Positions 27,321 to 40,469 of a stretch of 64,000 bases of DNA are shown in pieces (the stretch's first letter is position 1; every line of letters starts with the position of its first letter). Under the pieces are notes generated by a model, which made no database searches, was not told where the DNA came from, and saw only the letters and a program-made list of their open reading frames with translations. Both the position numbers and the translations under genes were made by a program. Source of the DNA: Oopsacas minuta (lineage: Eukaryota; Animalia; Porifera). The stretch covers positions 40,060 to 104,059 of the forward strand of contig JAKMXF010000013.1 of NCBI GenBank assembly GCA_024704765.1, written 5' to 3'.

Positions 27321-29764
27321 TGACTCTAGAAAATAGGTAACATTGAAAGTAGGATAGATAAAGATAGCTAGAGTGAATTACTCAACAGCATTAAATAGGT
27401 AATCGATAGGACTATTTGGGATTCTAATATAAGTGAGGTAATGACAATCTATTAGTAGCGCTTAAGAAAGTTATAATAATACATAACTATTGACTATTAC
27501 CAATCACATATTTATCCTTAGATGTTTAATTTAAACAAAATCTAGAATATTTGAATAATTAAAGTAGCTTTCAATTGTCATCAAAGAACAAAATCATAAT
27601 CTTTTATATTCAAATTCAAGTGCATATACCATTAATAGAAATGGTTTTGAAGACTTTTCCTGGCAACAGTATTAGCATACATGAAGAATCCTTTGGTGTA
27701 ACTCTATACTAATGAATGAATAAATACTAAATACTATTCGTTTTTACTTTAAATTACAAATTGTATTCTAAGAGAGGTAATAAGACAGGACCTCCAAAAA
27801 GCCACAATATCAAGAATTTGTTAGATTATAGACTCATACATCGTTTCCTTCTTGAGCTGTCCTTGTTAAGTAGCTTTTTGCTTTCGCTTATGGTATTGCC
27901 TGTATATTGATAATTGGATCTAGTCTACAAATTGCATGGCCTTTTCTGGAAAACGTCGAAATATATTCCGCAGTAGTCAATTATTAAACTTACCTTCGAA
28001 GTTTTAGCTCAGTTTCATACTCTATATTCTTATCCATAGCCCGAATAAAGAATAATTGCATTTTCAAAGATTATGGGTGTATATAATTTTTTTCTTCATA
28101 AAGCCTATGTTCCCTGTTATGCAGCCAAATGTACTGGGACCCGTGAACCAAGTGACATACTAAATGGTGTAGCCATTTAAAATATACTGCTGTATACAGT
28201 GAACTTCGTTTATACGAAAACATTTGATACGAATTTCTGGTCAAGACGAACAGAATTTTGCACAATTTTAGTCCATATAATGGCTATTCAATTGTTCTTA
28301 CTCTGTCAATACGTACTCCAGATAAGGAGTGCAAATCTCGGCGGTACTTCACTTAAGATATATGTTAAAAGGTTGTTACATATAGTAATTCGACACTATA
28401 GATTTCAACAATGGCATCACATCTTAGTTGCACTTTTGGAAATGGGACTATGGCGCAATCTGTGGTATTTTGATATAATTAATAATTATGGTTCAAGAGT
28501 AAATGAATTCTAAATTTGTGAGTGTTATATGCCAGCTAGCCCTATTTATTGATAAACTTGAATAACAATGCGTATACTGAATTCATTTATGCTTTGGATA
28601 CTTCATAAAATGATACTAATGTATTAGAAATACAGTAATTATGAAATGTTATAACGAAAATACGATTTTTCAAAAATACATTTCGTCCGAATGTGTGTGC
28701 CCCATGCACTTCATGTCAAGAAAAGTATAAGTGGGTGCCTTTAGGCGGGTCTAGAAATTATTGAAAATGAATTTAGAAAGATATTCTCCGCGAAATTGTC
28801 AACTATTCAACCTACAATTGTTTGCAGTCTAAGATCGTGGACCTAAAAAGTAGGTCAAGCAGCTGAAATATGGATAAAAATAGATTGCTAAAAATGCTTG
28901 AGAATGAAAAAGTGAAGATTTAATTGTTTTGCAAATGAGTTCAAATTGTTCACATAATACATACGATTACTGATAAATGCCATTGAATTACTAAAAATCC
29001 TGGAATGCTGAAATATCGCAAGGGTATTTGCAGAATAAATATTTATGGTTCTCAGGTTTTCAAATTTCAAATTTTAGCCTAAGTTTGAGGCTTTGGTTAG
29101 ACATGTTATAAGTTCATTAATGAACTTTATAAGCATATTTCTAGGTTTGAAATAGTGTAGAATCGAATGCACACATTAATTTTGGTAAATAGCGAAATCA
29201 AATTTTCACCTATTACTGCATAGTTCCATACTGTGGCCCTCAAAAGCATTGTTCTATGGAAATACTATATACAACTTGTACATCTTCTCATGCGATGTGG
29301 AACACCTGAGCATATCTCTAAGTAAATGTTATGATTTCAACTATTTGTTTACTCTAAAAGTCGTAAGAAAACAACAAATATATTTAAACATGAGAAAATT
29401 GAAAATGCAAAATCAGTTTCAGCTTACGTTGTTCCCCCATGATAGCTCGGAATAGCAGGTAACTACGTTATTTTATTCTTCAAAACAACAATACATTTGC
29501 ATATGAAAACTTGATATTGCGAAATTCGGATTTAGCGTACTGTGTTACCCCTATTTAGCAGTTTAGCGCAAGCCTGTTTGTATATTTTGAAATTTGCCGA
29601 ATTTGTTTATATTTTATTGTCATAAATATAACAATAAATTCACATATGATTAATATACGTAGATTAATTCGAAAGTGTAAAAATCGGAATCAGCATAATC
29701 GATTACCCCAATGTGCGAAGGGATTCAGTTAATTCGTAACTCTCAGAATATTTGTATTATATAC

Positions 29765-30900
29765 ATGTGATAAGTCTCAAATTCTACTATAAATGTTCAA
29801 AGTAGTCCCCCTTGTGCTCAACTACAAGCTTTAAACGCTCTATCCACTTGAAAAATGGTTTCTTATAAACTTCTTGTGGTATGTCTCTGAGGTACCGTTG
29901 GATGATCCTTCCAATTTACATCCATTCTCAAAAAGTGTACCTGCTAGGTGCTTTCTGAGCCCATCGAACAGCCAAGAGTCGCACAGTGCTAGGACAGGGC
30001 TATAGTGTGGATGTTCCAATCTTCAAGACCTATAGAAGCAATCTTATCTTCGATTTCCTTAGATTTGTGCGGTCTGGCATTATTAGGAAAAATTTTGATG
30101 CCTCTAAGACCCGTGGCTGACGACGCTCAATATAATGTTTTTCGATTTCCGGAAGAACAACTGTTGAATAAAAGTGCTGAGTAACTGTTTGGCCCTTAGG
30201 AGTACAGATTTGGCAGACTGGACCATGTGCATCGAAAAATATGGTGGCCCAATGATCCGGTCTTGGTAGTGCTGGTGGAGAACTCCCTTTTACAATCCAT
30301 ACCTTGTTCTGTTCTTTGCGAGTTAGCTCTGAATATCTTATCCACGTCTCATCACAGGTACATATTTCAAATAGTCGCCTCTCATCACATTGGTCATACT
30401 TTTCAAGCAGTTTTTTGCAATTCTCATCCGGGTCTTCTTTTGAGTCAGATTCAACAAATGTGGGGCCCAACGTGAGCAAACCTTGGACATACCAAGATGC
30501 TTGGTCAGAATTCTATGAACACTTCCCGTTGACAAGGTTAGGCTGGTAGCTATCTGCTCAATCGTAATATGGGGAACAGAGTCACAGATTTCAACTACAA
30601 GAGCAATATTGTTTGCAGTGGTGGCTATTATAAGTTGCCCCATCCGAGGGTCATCTTCAGCCGACAACCTACTTTCACGAAAACGTAGACTCCACATCTT
30701 AACGGTTGATTCTGAACAGGCCTACCCAACATATACCTGACTAAATCTTCGTAGATATTCCTTGGCGTATCACCGAGTAATGAGCGGATTTTGATGTATG
30801 CTCTTTGTTCAAGTAGAAATTCACTAGATTTTGAGGCCATAAATTCCTGTGGTTGCTATAACCGATCTTCAAAAGGGTGTATCACAAAAATATTAAATCA
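29765..30900 (-). mobile_element. mariner element, frameshifted
   Basis: MASKSSEFLLEQRAYIKIR, KVCSRW.PHLL, TCDETW and HYSPVL...D motifs; ends approximate. Confidence 0.85.
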
Positions 30901-31777
30901 ATCTCCACAAAGTAAAGTGTCCTAAATAGACGAATATCTAAGCTATAAATTTGATGCAAATAGTAAATACATGTGGTTAAACAAAATAGCAATAGCTAGA
31001 GTTACGAACTAATTGAAATCGCTTTGTATTGTGATAACAGAAACATTGCAATAATAGTGTTACAAATAGCATAGTAGTGTGCATACAATACTACAACATA
31101 CCTAATTAGCATTCCAATGTCTAAGTAATTTGTGTTGCGTATTAATCAATCTCTTAAATCTCCAAGTAAGTAGACATATTTAGTAAACATACAATCTGCA
31201 ATTATGATATTCAGTTAATTAACTACATAGCAAGAGATTATTTAGTACTACTTGAACTTTAAATGGAGACGGTTGTTAGTTCTATTCCTCGGGTATCAGA
31301 TCTTCTAATAATCTCCAGCGATTCTTTTTCGTTTGATTAATGTAAAACCCACATACACAATGCGACTATGTTGTACCGTGTATCATGGGATGGTATGCAC
31401 AAAATTGTTGCATTGTGTGTATTGATCGTTGCATGCAAAAATGTTGCACACAAATATTGTTGCATGCGTCGGGGGGGGGCATAAAACAAAGCTTTCAATG
31501 AAATTTTAGAAATGAATTAAATCATACTATAATACAGGACACCTTTACACTTGCATGAAAATTCTATTGCAACCGATTTGCCTGTAACTATATTTCATGG
31601 TATGCGTATTTTTTAGTTGTTTGTCTGGAATTGATTGAGGAACTTGTAAGAACTAATGACATTATTTTTGCATGGTGTTGTAGGATACTCTATCTAGCAA
31701 CTTTTTGAATAACTAATGCAAGAGTTTCTTTGTGAATCAACTCAAATTGTATTGTAAAATAAAGTATTGGGTTCACT

Positions 31778-31970
31778 GACTAAGGCCGAAAATAATTCAT
31801 TACTCCAGTAACATGCAGCCTTATAACATAGTCCGTTAAAGCCTCTGCGTCTTACAGTTCAGGGGGCTGCTTGCTACTGGACCCCCTGAACTGTAGGACA
31901 AGGAGACTTTCACGTACTTGGTTATACGGCTGTTTGCTATTAGAGTAATGAATAATTTTCGGACTTAGTC
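31778..31970. repeat. imperfect palindrome / foldback MITE (~90-bp arms, 15-nt loop)
   Basis: Perfect inner stem TACAGTTCAGGGGG/CCCCCTGAACTGTA; pairing continues out to GACTAAG...CTTAGTC. Confidence 0.85.
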
Positions 31971-32492
31971 ATGTTTCAAAATAAAGAGCAATACAAAAGG
32001 TTAAATTCAATATTATAATCTATGGGAAAGACAAAGAACCTACATGGATGAGAGAATATACCCTTCAGTGAATTATAATATTAAAATGAACCGCTTTTAA
32101 CATATTCTAAGTGTTCCATTACAAGTTAGAGATGGTTATCTGCCATGCGTGTTGGAACAAACTCATAACATCATAAAAACAATGAATTATAATGGGCGGT
32201 TGATGAATTATATTTTTCATCATACGAAATATTTGCATTTGTATAGTTTCTGACATTTTTAAATGGATTGTGTGTACATTTTCTTGCATGTTAATGTAGT
32301 ATGGCTGTTTCATGGTTGAAAAAGTAACCATTGATTTTCTACCTGAGTGATAAAAAGCAAATCAATAGTGTGGATCATCTCCAAGTAGATAGATCTAAGC
32401 AATCTCTATAAATATAAACAATTTATTTCGATATCAGAAATAGAACTGCATATCATTTCAAACTTATATTTTTCACGATTGTCGCAATTTTC

Positions 32493-33421
32493 ATGATAAC
32501 TCCCGTATTTAGACCTGTAATGATGCTTGCATCTTTTCCGTTCATCGATGAGATTGGATTGAAGGAATTATACTTAAGGATAACCATCAATCGTGACAAT
32601 TGTATCGATTGGTTGAGGGTTCATGAATTATTAGCAAGAGGTATGAGATGTAATGTAGGGCAAACATGTCGGAAGGCGTATTTCTAAGGTGCACGAAGGG
32701 AGAGGTTGGAGATGTCCTGAAAAGGGTTGCAAGAAATTTGCATCCTACGAGTAGGATCATTCTTTAAAGGATCCAATATTCCTCTTACTCAGTTGGTGGA
32801 ATTTTTGTATCTTTGGGCAGAAGGACTACAAAGTACACATTTCTTAACCCTAAATCTTAAGTGATCTCCAAACACCATCACGGATTGGAAAAATTTCTTG
32901 AGGGATATGTGTGTGGAGAAGTACCTCTCTAATTCCGAACCAATCGGAGGGCATGGACACATCGTTGAGATCGATGAAAGCAAGTTTGGGAAATGAAAGT
33001 ACCATCGAGGAAGGCAACTATCGGGAAAATGGGTGTTTGGTGGGATTGATAGAGTTACCAAAGAAGTTTTCACGGTCACAGTTGAAGATAGATCAGCTTC
33101 TACATTGATTCCCATTAAAGAACAATATATCAAACCGTCTACTATTATTCTAAGCGATGAATGGGCTTCATACAATCTTATTCCACCTGCTACATTCACC
33201 CATTTGGCTGTTAATCATAGTATCCAGTTTGTGGTCCCTGGGACAGAATTCACAAACAAACAAGAGAAAGCACTTGGGGGGTCAAGCCAAGAAAAAGATG
33301 AGAAATTCCATGACCAGCAATCCCGAGCTCCTGGATACATACCTCGCTGAATATTGCTGGAGAGACAAATATGGTAACAATCCATTTCACACCTTGCTAA
33401 TAGAAATAAGAAACCAATATA
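32493..33421 (+). mobile_element. Merlin / ISXO2-like (IS1595-related) transposase remnant
   Basis: WRCP..GC zinc-finger-like region, IGGHGHIVEIDESKFG, WVFGGIDR, IILSDEWASY and VNHS motifs; stops and frameshifts; ends at a TA where a Tc1 begins. Confidence 0.88.
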
Positions 33422-33597
33422 AAGGGTGACAATTAAGTTCTGATACATAGTTCCAATTGATCTGATGCGTTTCCAATATATTATATTACCATTTCTATCA
33501 TTTATATTCTAACATATATGTCTTCCTGTTATGCTCAAACAGTAATCTAAATCTATATACGCATAAAATCAGAAATTTCAACATGGAAGTAAAGAGG
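33422..33597 (+). mobile_element. Tc1-like element, 5' end (3' part at 16620-17118)
   Basis: (A)AGGGTGACAATTAAGTTCTGATAC matches the reverse complement of the 17118 terminus except the first base; ATG GAA GTA AAG AGG runs into the N. Confidence 0.85.
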
Positions 33598-33998
33598 NAT
33601 ACTATTGTATACTTATCCAAAAATTACTGATTGAATAATCTTCAACTTTGGAGTCGGTGTCTATGCTCGTGTTTAACATCTAGAAATTTATCAAATATCT
33701 TTTGTAACTTGCAAAATACTCAGATTTATTAGGTTCACATACCACTATATTTATCATTAATATATTGTCAAAATGCAATGTTGTAGTTAATGAACCACAA
33801 GTTAAAGTATACTCAAGTCAGTAATCAGGATTGACAAGGTATATACTTGTAAATTCCAGTGATCTAGTCTATTATTATCGTGATTCGTGAACCATGGTTG
33901 AACAGAAGTATAGCGTTATTAGTATTTTCTTTGTTTTGCTATAGATACGATTTCATACAATTATTTAATTTCTGAGATGTATTTACAACTAGCAACTT

Positions 33999-35012
33999 AT
34001 GGTGAAAATTAAAGAAATTAGTCAAAATCTGCGTAACTAAGCAGTCGGCCTATTCAGAGGAGGAAATCATACTTACAGGCAGGTTTCTTCATTATTAGAC
34101 GTTCCCTCTCTTCGACACATTCTATAGTGTCTCGGTGGAAGAAGTTTGTCAATATAGAAAATCTCCCAAGATCTGAAAGACCTCGTAAACTTCTCCAAAG
34201 GGACATACGTGTGGTCAAAAGGATTGTAAGGAAAAACAGATTCAAAACACTGAAGTTACTTTCGAATCAAGTGACCGAATCTAGTATCAATATTTCTAAG
34301 AGAACTTTGAGGAAAAACTCTGAAGGAAATTGGATTGAAATCTTGTATGAGAGCAAAGAAACCCCATATTTCCGAGAAAATCGCAAACTAAGGTTGTGTT
34401 TTTACCTAAATTGTAAGAATTTTTCCTCACGAGATTGGGCAGAAATTATATGGTCTGACGAATCAAGATTCAAACTCTTCAACTCAGATGGAAGAGTTAG
34501 AGTATGGAGGGAAAGTAATCAGAGGTTCAACCCTAACAACGTAACAAGGACATTACAAGGAATGGTGGTTCTGTGTTAGTATGGGGATGTTTTTCTGGGA
34601 ATACATTGGGTCCATTGATATTCGTAGAACAAAATGTCACTTCACATGTCTATATAACTCGAATACTTGGGCCATTTAATAAAAAATTTATATACCCTCT
34701 ATAGAATGTGGGAAGATGTTGACATTTCAACAAAACAACGCTCCAGCCCACATGTCCAAAAGGACAAGAAATTGGTTCACTGCGAAAAAAATCCCATTAT
34801 TAACATGGCCCCCCCCCCCCCAGAGCCCAGATATGAATTTGATCGAGTCCCTATGGGGCTTAATCGGAAGAAGAATAAAGTTACGAAATGCGTTGCCAAC
34901 ATCTCTAACCCAACTAAGATCCATGCTAAAAGAGGAGTGGGAACAAATCTCTCAGAAAGAATTGGAAGAATTGATCAGCTCAATGCCAAAAAGGTTGGCA
35001 GAATTGAAAAAG
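33999..35012 (+). mobile_element. Tc1-like transposase pseudogene, cut by N-gap
   Basis: RSERPRKL, IIWSDESRF, FQQNNAPAH, WPP..SPDMNLIESLW and SMPKRL motifs. Confidence 0.9.
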
Positions 35013-35013
35013 N

Positions 35014-35680
35014 CAATTGTTTATAGGTCTTGTCACCCATGCACCTCTCGCTTATATCGGTGGTTTACCATGGACCTTACAAATCGTACACACCATACCA
35101 TTTTGGGTTGAATCGTAGTCCATCCAAGTATATTCATTCTTCCGAGTAGGTTTATAAACTAAGTTATCCTTGTAGGCTCGCATTGTTTTAGCTGTTTTAG
35201 AAGCACATGGAGTGGAAACAATCGCATCTTCCTCTGGTAGTTGTGGTTCAGACTCAGATATATTGTTACAATCAGAAATTTTTCTTTTAGTTCCTCGAAT
35301 GATAACAAATTTATCCATGTGGTAACACTGGGTTAATCAATTATTACCTATGCGAAGTTTATAACAAAAAGAATTTTTCCGCTATATTATATCTCAAGAA
35401 TTTGTAAATCACTAATTATAGGCGGATGGATAGTAGGAAGCTATACTTTCCAACATATGTTATTATTTCGCAGTTGCAAATAGTATGAAATGTGATTCAG
35501 GTTTCCCACATGTTGTTTATTTTCACTTCAAATAGTATTTTTATAATGAATTGATATTCTAATAATTTATCCATTGTATAATATATTACGATTAATAGTA
35601 TATTTTATGAGATTTTGGGGGGGAAACTGAAGTGTTTGGGGAGGAAGCTTCCCACCCCACCCCCAGTAGATAGAACCCTG
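35014..35680 (-). mobile_element. hAT element, 5' part (3' part at 51388-52804)
   Basis: Terminus TAGATAGAACCCTG at 35667-35680; ORF from 35318 MDKFVI...WMDYD...GMVCTIC (TTF-type zinc finger start). Confidence 0.85.
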
Positions 35681-35685
35681 TCTGA

Positions 35686-36288
35686 GCATCCGCTTCACCT
35701 GATAATGATGTATATCAAGAATTAGCCTCCATTGCTAAGGAGTATATTGTCCAATGTGAGAGCAGGAACTATAACTTGTTCATATTCCTTAATAAATATG
35801 GAGTGCAAATTAATGCAAATGAAAATTATTGTGGTAACTACAGAGCTGAAAGATGTGAAGTTGGAGATTTGGAGAGACGAGTTAGAAACACATTGTGGAC
35901 TGGCATTCACATAAACATCAAAATCTTGGGAAGGTTCCGAGCTGCTTATCACGTCCTAGAGATGGTTGATTCTCATAATGGCGTTGTTGGAGATGCATTC
36001 ATTGAACCAGCTCACTTCTCTCAATTTACTGCATGTACATCCAGCTACACACTAGGGCAACCACCTAGCGCATACCTTTCATATGAGATCGTTACTGACA
36101 GTTCAGAATGTGCTAATAAATATGAGGTAACTGGAATTGCGACTGGAGCATCAAATGCTGAAGCAATAGAAAATGCTAATGTCTTTGCTGACCTTTGGAA
36201 TCCTGGATACTGTCTGCAAGCTACTGCGTTTTTCGTTCGATTATCTCTAGTTCTATTCATTTACTCACGTATTAGATGTCTTGAATAA
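35686..36288 (+). CDS. 3' part of a host exon; Cys-containing protein with hydrophobic C-terminus (possible GPI signal)
   Basis: 603-nt stop-free frame in AT-rich DNA, starting just after the hAT TIR; ends ATAFFVRLSLVLFIYSRIRCLE*; contains RCEVGDL. Confidence 0.6.
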   Translation, partial: ASASPDNDVYQELASIAKEYIVQCESRNYNLFIFLNKYGVQINANENYCGNYRAERCEVGDLERRVRNTLWTGIHINIKILGRFRAAYHVLEMVDSHNGVVGDAFIEPAHFSQFTACTSSYTLGQPPSAYLSYEIVTDSSECANKYEVTGIATGASNAEAIENANVFADLWNPGYCLQATAFFVRLSLVLFIYSRIRCLE

Positions 36289-36934
36289 TTATTCATCTTA
36301 TATACTTTACAGTTAATAGTATAGGATAGGATAACATTATTCACCGATTATTATTCTAGTCCGTTATTTTACTTATTTTATTGAATTTATAATTAGTATA
36401 AGCGTTATGTATTACTTTTAGGATTATTGATTACTCTATAAGATTATTCCTTTATGTACTACTCTTTCATTCAGTTTCTCATATGATCAATAACTAAGGC
36501 CATTGTTAGTTTTTGTACCATTAGTAATGTACTGAAATATTAGCTCAAATTTATACAGTAACATTTGACTCGTTTCTCTTGCATCTTACTCTCAATATCA
36601 TCTTATAATCACCCTAATATCAGCAACTGCATACCTTGTATTAATCTACGGAACGAAGGTACTAGGCCTGTAACGGTAGTAACTTGTATTTTGAGCACCA
36701 CTATAGGAAACGACCGGGATCCCGTTTTGAATTCCAATCCTCGGACCTTTTCTCAGTCTCGGTCCCGGTCCTGGTCCTGGTAAATCCTAAGGTTTCTCGG
36801 TAATTCCTAACTGGGAATGGATAACTAGACAAAATTTGTTTATTGAATAAATGAACAAGCTAATAATTTCCAACAATGTGCTTTCATTGAGTATTGTGTA
36901 GTACTCTAACATAGTATATCTGGATTTGTAAGGT

Positions 36935-37133
36935 GATATACATTTGAAGAACTATCAATAACTGAGAATAATATGTCAAGACAGATAATATACTGACGGA
37001 TGGGGATACAGAGGGAGTAAGTGAGATGATTCGCATGGTTGAGTCTTCTCCTCAGATATTCAGCGTGTTTTAATTCGGGATAGGTACGGATGCTTCTAAA
37101 TCACTCTTGATTGGAGTAGCAACTGCAGGCAGA
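36935..37133 (+). pseudogene. VWA5A-like von Willebrand A domain fragment
   Basis: SRQII / LTDGDTEG...VF*FGIGTDASKSLLIGVATAG resembles the VWA5A pattern QLFVFTDG...FSFGIG..S.SLI.GIA; a frameshift before LTDG and TAA at 37071. Confidence 0.65.
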
Positions 37134-38959
37134 CTGACTTTGAATGAAGTTATTTAGAGTATCATTTTTTATAAGATTTCTTGTTTATTAGCATTTTACC
37201 ATTTCATTTGTTCTAGATATCAAATTTGTCACTTTTCAATATATATATATTTGCTTCTTAATATGTGCCACCACAGGAAACTTTTAGCACACTTGGATAC
37301 TTTTTGGCGGGATTTCCTTATTTTAGTCCCATTCGAACGAACCACAATCCGATTTGTCCTGATATTTGTTGGAACATACTAGACAAATGACTTGAATTGC
37401 GATATATCACACACTTTATTTATTCATTGCAACGCTAATTATTTAAATTTGTTATAATCCTATGACCTTGTGATTTGATTGGTTGGACTGAAATTCATTA
37501 TCTCATCAACCAATTAATTAACGTTCGTCGGAGGTTGTGAGTATTGTATTGCAGAATTTTACAATTCTCTTTTCATGATTTTTGTAAGAATTTTCTCTAA
37601 ATTAGGCATAAAAAGTTGAAAAGAGTTTCATGAACATATATACTTTGTAAACTATGCAATAATCATAAATTTATGGACCAGTAAGATGCGAACGTTTGAC
37701 AATTTTGTACTCTTCTTAGCCTAAATAATGTTGTATGATATGTTGATGTGACATTAACACGATTCCAGCGGGAAGGGAATTTCAATTCCCATCCAATAGG
37801 ATTTCCCAGTTAGACATCCAATAGGATTTCCCAGTTTCCCATACGAATTTCAATCCCACGCAACTCTGGAGATTAATAGCATTATCTAGTTGATACGAGG
37901 GAACCATTATAAGGCGAGAGTACTTCTATCCGGAAAGCTATATTAGAGTTACTCTACATAGCCCGGGCCTCCAGAGAATCAGATTGTAAATACTCCTTCA
38001 TCGACCATTTACTTTTCACACTAACCAACATATGGGTAGTGCAAAATTATACTTGCTACCTTAGTCATACCATGTTTAAACAAGGCTGGGCCAACCGTAG
38101 CCGAGATTAATCTGCTTGAATTCGTCGAAATCTATCACTCTCCAAACATTTTCTCTAAAGTAATTCCAGTTTAGATAGACTCTTGACTCGAACTGATAAA
38201 TAATGAATAATTCGAGATGTATTTAACCATTACTAGCCAAAATAGTCCTTCATGTGCCGCTTCTGACACCTCCTGCGGAAGGATTTTTCTAGGTGTCTTC
38301 GGCCCATTTACAAATTTATCATTGGAAGGTAGAAATAAGCTGCGCGCACTTGCTCTATGTGGCCTGGGAACATTTTATGTCCTTTGATCTTCTGGCATTA
38401 CTTGTACTCGTTTTTATCTTGTTCATAACTTTAGAGATTAAGACACAATATTTAGCATGCATAATCGTAGTGAGATCTAGTTATTATCTACTAATCACTA
38501 AATAATGCAAGGTACGTATAAGGCAAACTTTTAGCGTGGGTAGTAGTATTGATTGAAGTAGTTTTTCGCTGAATATTATGGCCGGTCACTCTACCAACCG
38601 AATAATTACAAAAAGATTCGATACAGCTAACCCTAATATTTAGGAATAATTTTGCTTTAAACAACGTTCGGAACAACTATTCGATTCCTGTTGAATACCG
38701 ATATTCGGGAATATTCAGTTTGTCGATCAGTAGTGGGTTGATTTAGAAGTTAATCATCATACCATTAAAGATCATGTATTACATTAAAAAGAGGCTTTAG
38801 ACACGGTTCTAGGACACCTAGCGAAAGCTATTTTCCAGAAGTTATTGTTAATTAATTGTACACTAAATAATGATAAATTTTTAGCAGTTTAAGTTTATCG
38901 TAGAAAATTGAAAGAGATGAAAAAATTATAAAAATGAATATTAGTAAATCAAATTATGC

Positions 38960-40260
38960 GCTATACCAAGAAGATATTCTAGATGTGGCATATATATACA
39001 TATTCGTCTACCAACTTCTCTAAACTTCTATTAAGTTGAACGTAATTCTTCTTAGACTTCGACAGTTCTTGTCCACTTCTAACTTTTTCTAGTGCGATTT
39101 CATTGTCACTCTGTTCCAAAAGAATTTTGCGAATTAGTTTAGAGAGAGTTGGATGCGTTGTGTTGATTCTTATATCGAATGCGCTATGCCAACCCTCCAT
39201 AGAATTATTCGTCCGTGGAAAAACTTGTTCCACTCTATCTCTAACATTCCAAAGTTCTATGGAAAATAACGGACGTCTTCTCCGTTCATGATGTTCTAAC
39301 CCAATCCATGTCTTCTCAAAGTAGTGAATGTAATCACTTTAAGTTATCTACTAGACCATTAAATAGGGAATCAATGAGTTTTCCATAACATGGAATGACA
39401 TCTATCTCCGGTACAAATGCTAATGCCCGAAATTGCTTCATAATCGCCGCGAATTCTTCATCACATTGGTAGCGAAGTTAAAATCCTAGGGCTGAATCTG
39501 TCACTTGTCCAAAATGAAAGTAACATCCCTGGAGTACTGCAGTTGGAAAATTCTGTGTAAGTGCGTTCAAAGCAGCTCTTTAAAAATCGATCACATCGTA
39601 TCAGGTGGTAATGAGGGATCACCCTCCTTCAGAGTAGAGAAGATTTGATTGTCGTCACATGTTATATTTTGACCTATACAAAAGAATAGAGGAATTGTCA
39701 CCGTTTCAGTAAATAACGCATGGACAGTGTATAATTGGTATCCAAGTGGTGCGGAATCAACGTACCATCACAAAACCAATTTGAGTATCGAGCTAGCATT
39801 CTGATTTTGTATTCTGTTCCGAGGATAATTAGATCGATCTCTGGATTGTTGGAGATTAAAAATTGTTGGCCCCTTGTTGTATGTGTAGATTCGTAAAAAT
39901 CTATATCTGAAAGTTTCTCTTGCGTCGTACAAATTTAGACAAGCATTCTTTAGTGGGAAGTTTTACTGCTGCAGTAATTGAGATTGAGATTTTTGCATTC
40001 TGGATTACCGAAGAAGTAACTTCTTCAGTTAGTGTAGATCGTAATTTGATCGCTTCTATAGTTTTAGCTGCCTCAACAGATGAGAAATCGGGTTGATGAT
40101 TGTGGTTTAGAGGTGACTTTCCACAAATCCGTTTATTCTATAAGTTATCATACGACTATTGCATAAACCTCTCTTCCACAACGTCAATAAGTTGAATGAT
40201 CAGAATCTTTATATTTGATATATATGTACCATTATAGATCAGCTTCTTTCCTCCGAATAT
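38960..40260 (-). mobile_element. MULE transposase remnant
   Basis: PRTNNSMEGWHSAF C-terminal motif, GCYFHFGQ-like block near 39510 and an upstream NHNH block; many stops. Confidence 0.8.
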
Positions 40261-40469
40261 TGTTGATGTCAATTCTATTTTACGATAATAGCAAGTATTC
40301 GATATTGCCAGTATTTATAGCAATTATACTGGTAAAATGTGTATAAACACCTACCATTCATTAAATTTTTTATTTTATGAATATAATTAGTTCCATATGA
40401 TTAATTAGTTACCTATCAACAAAGCTTTTGATCAATATAATTAGTTCCATATGATTAATTTGTTATCTT

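Noticed and set aside
33583-33660. Tc1 ORF reading through the N at 33598 (MEVKRxTIVYLSK)
   Set aside because: The frame stops after a few codons and no HTH or GRP motif follows in any frame; the matching TIR is at 17118.
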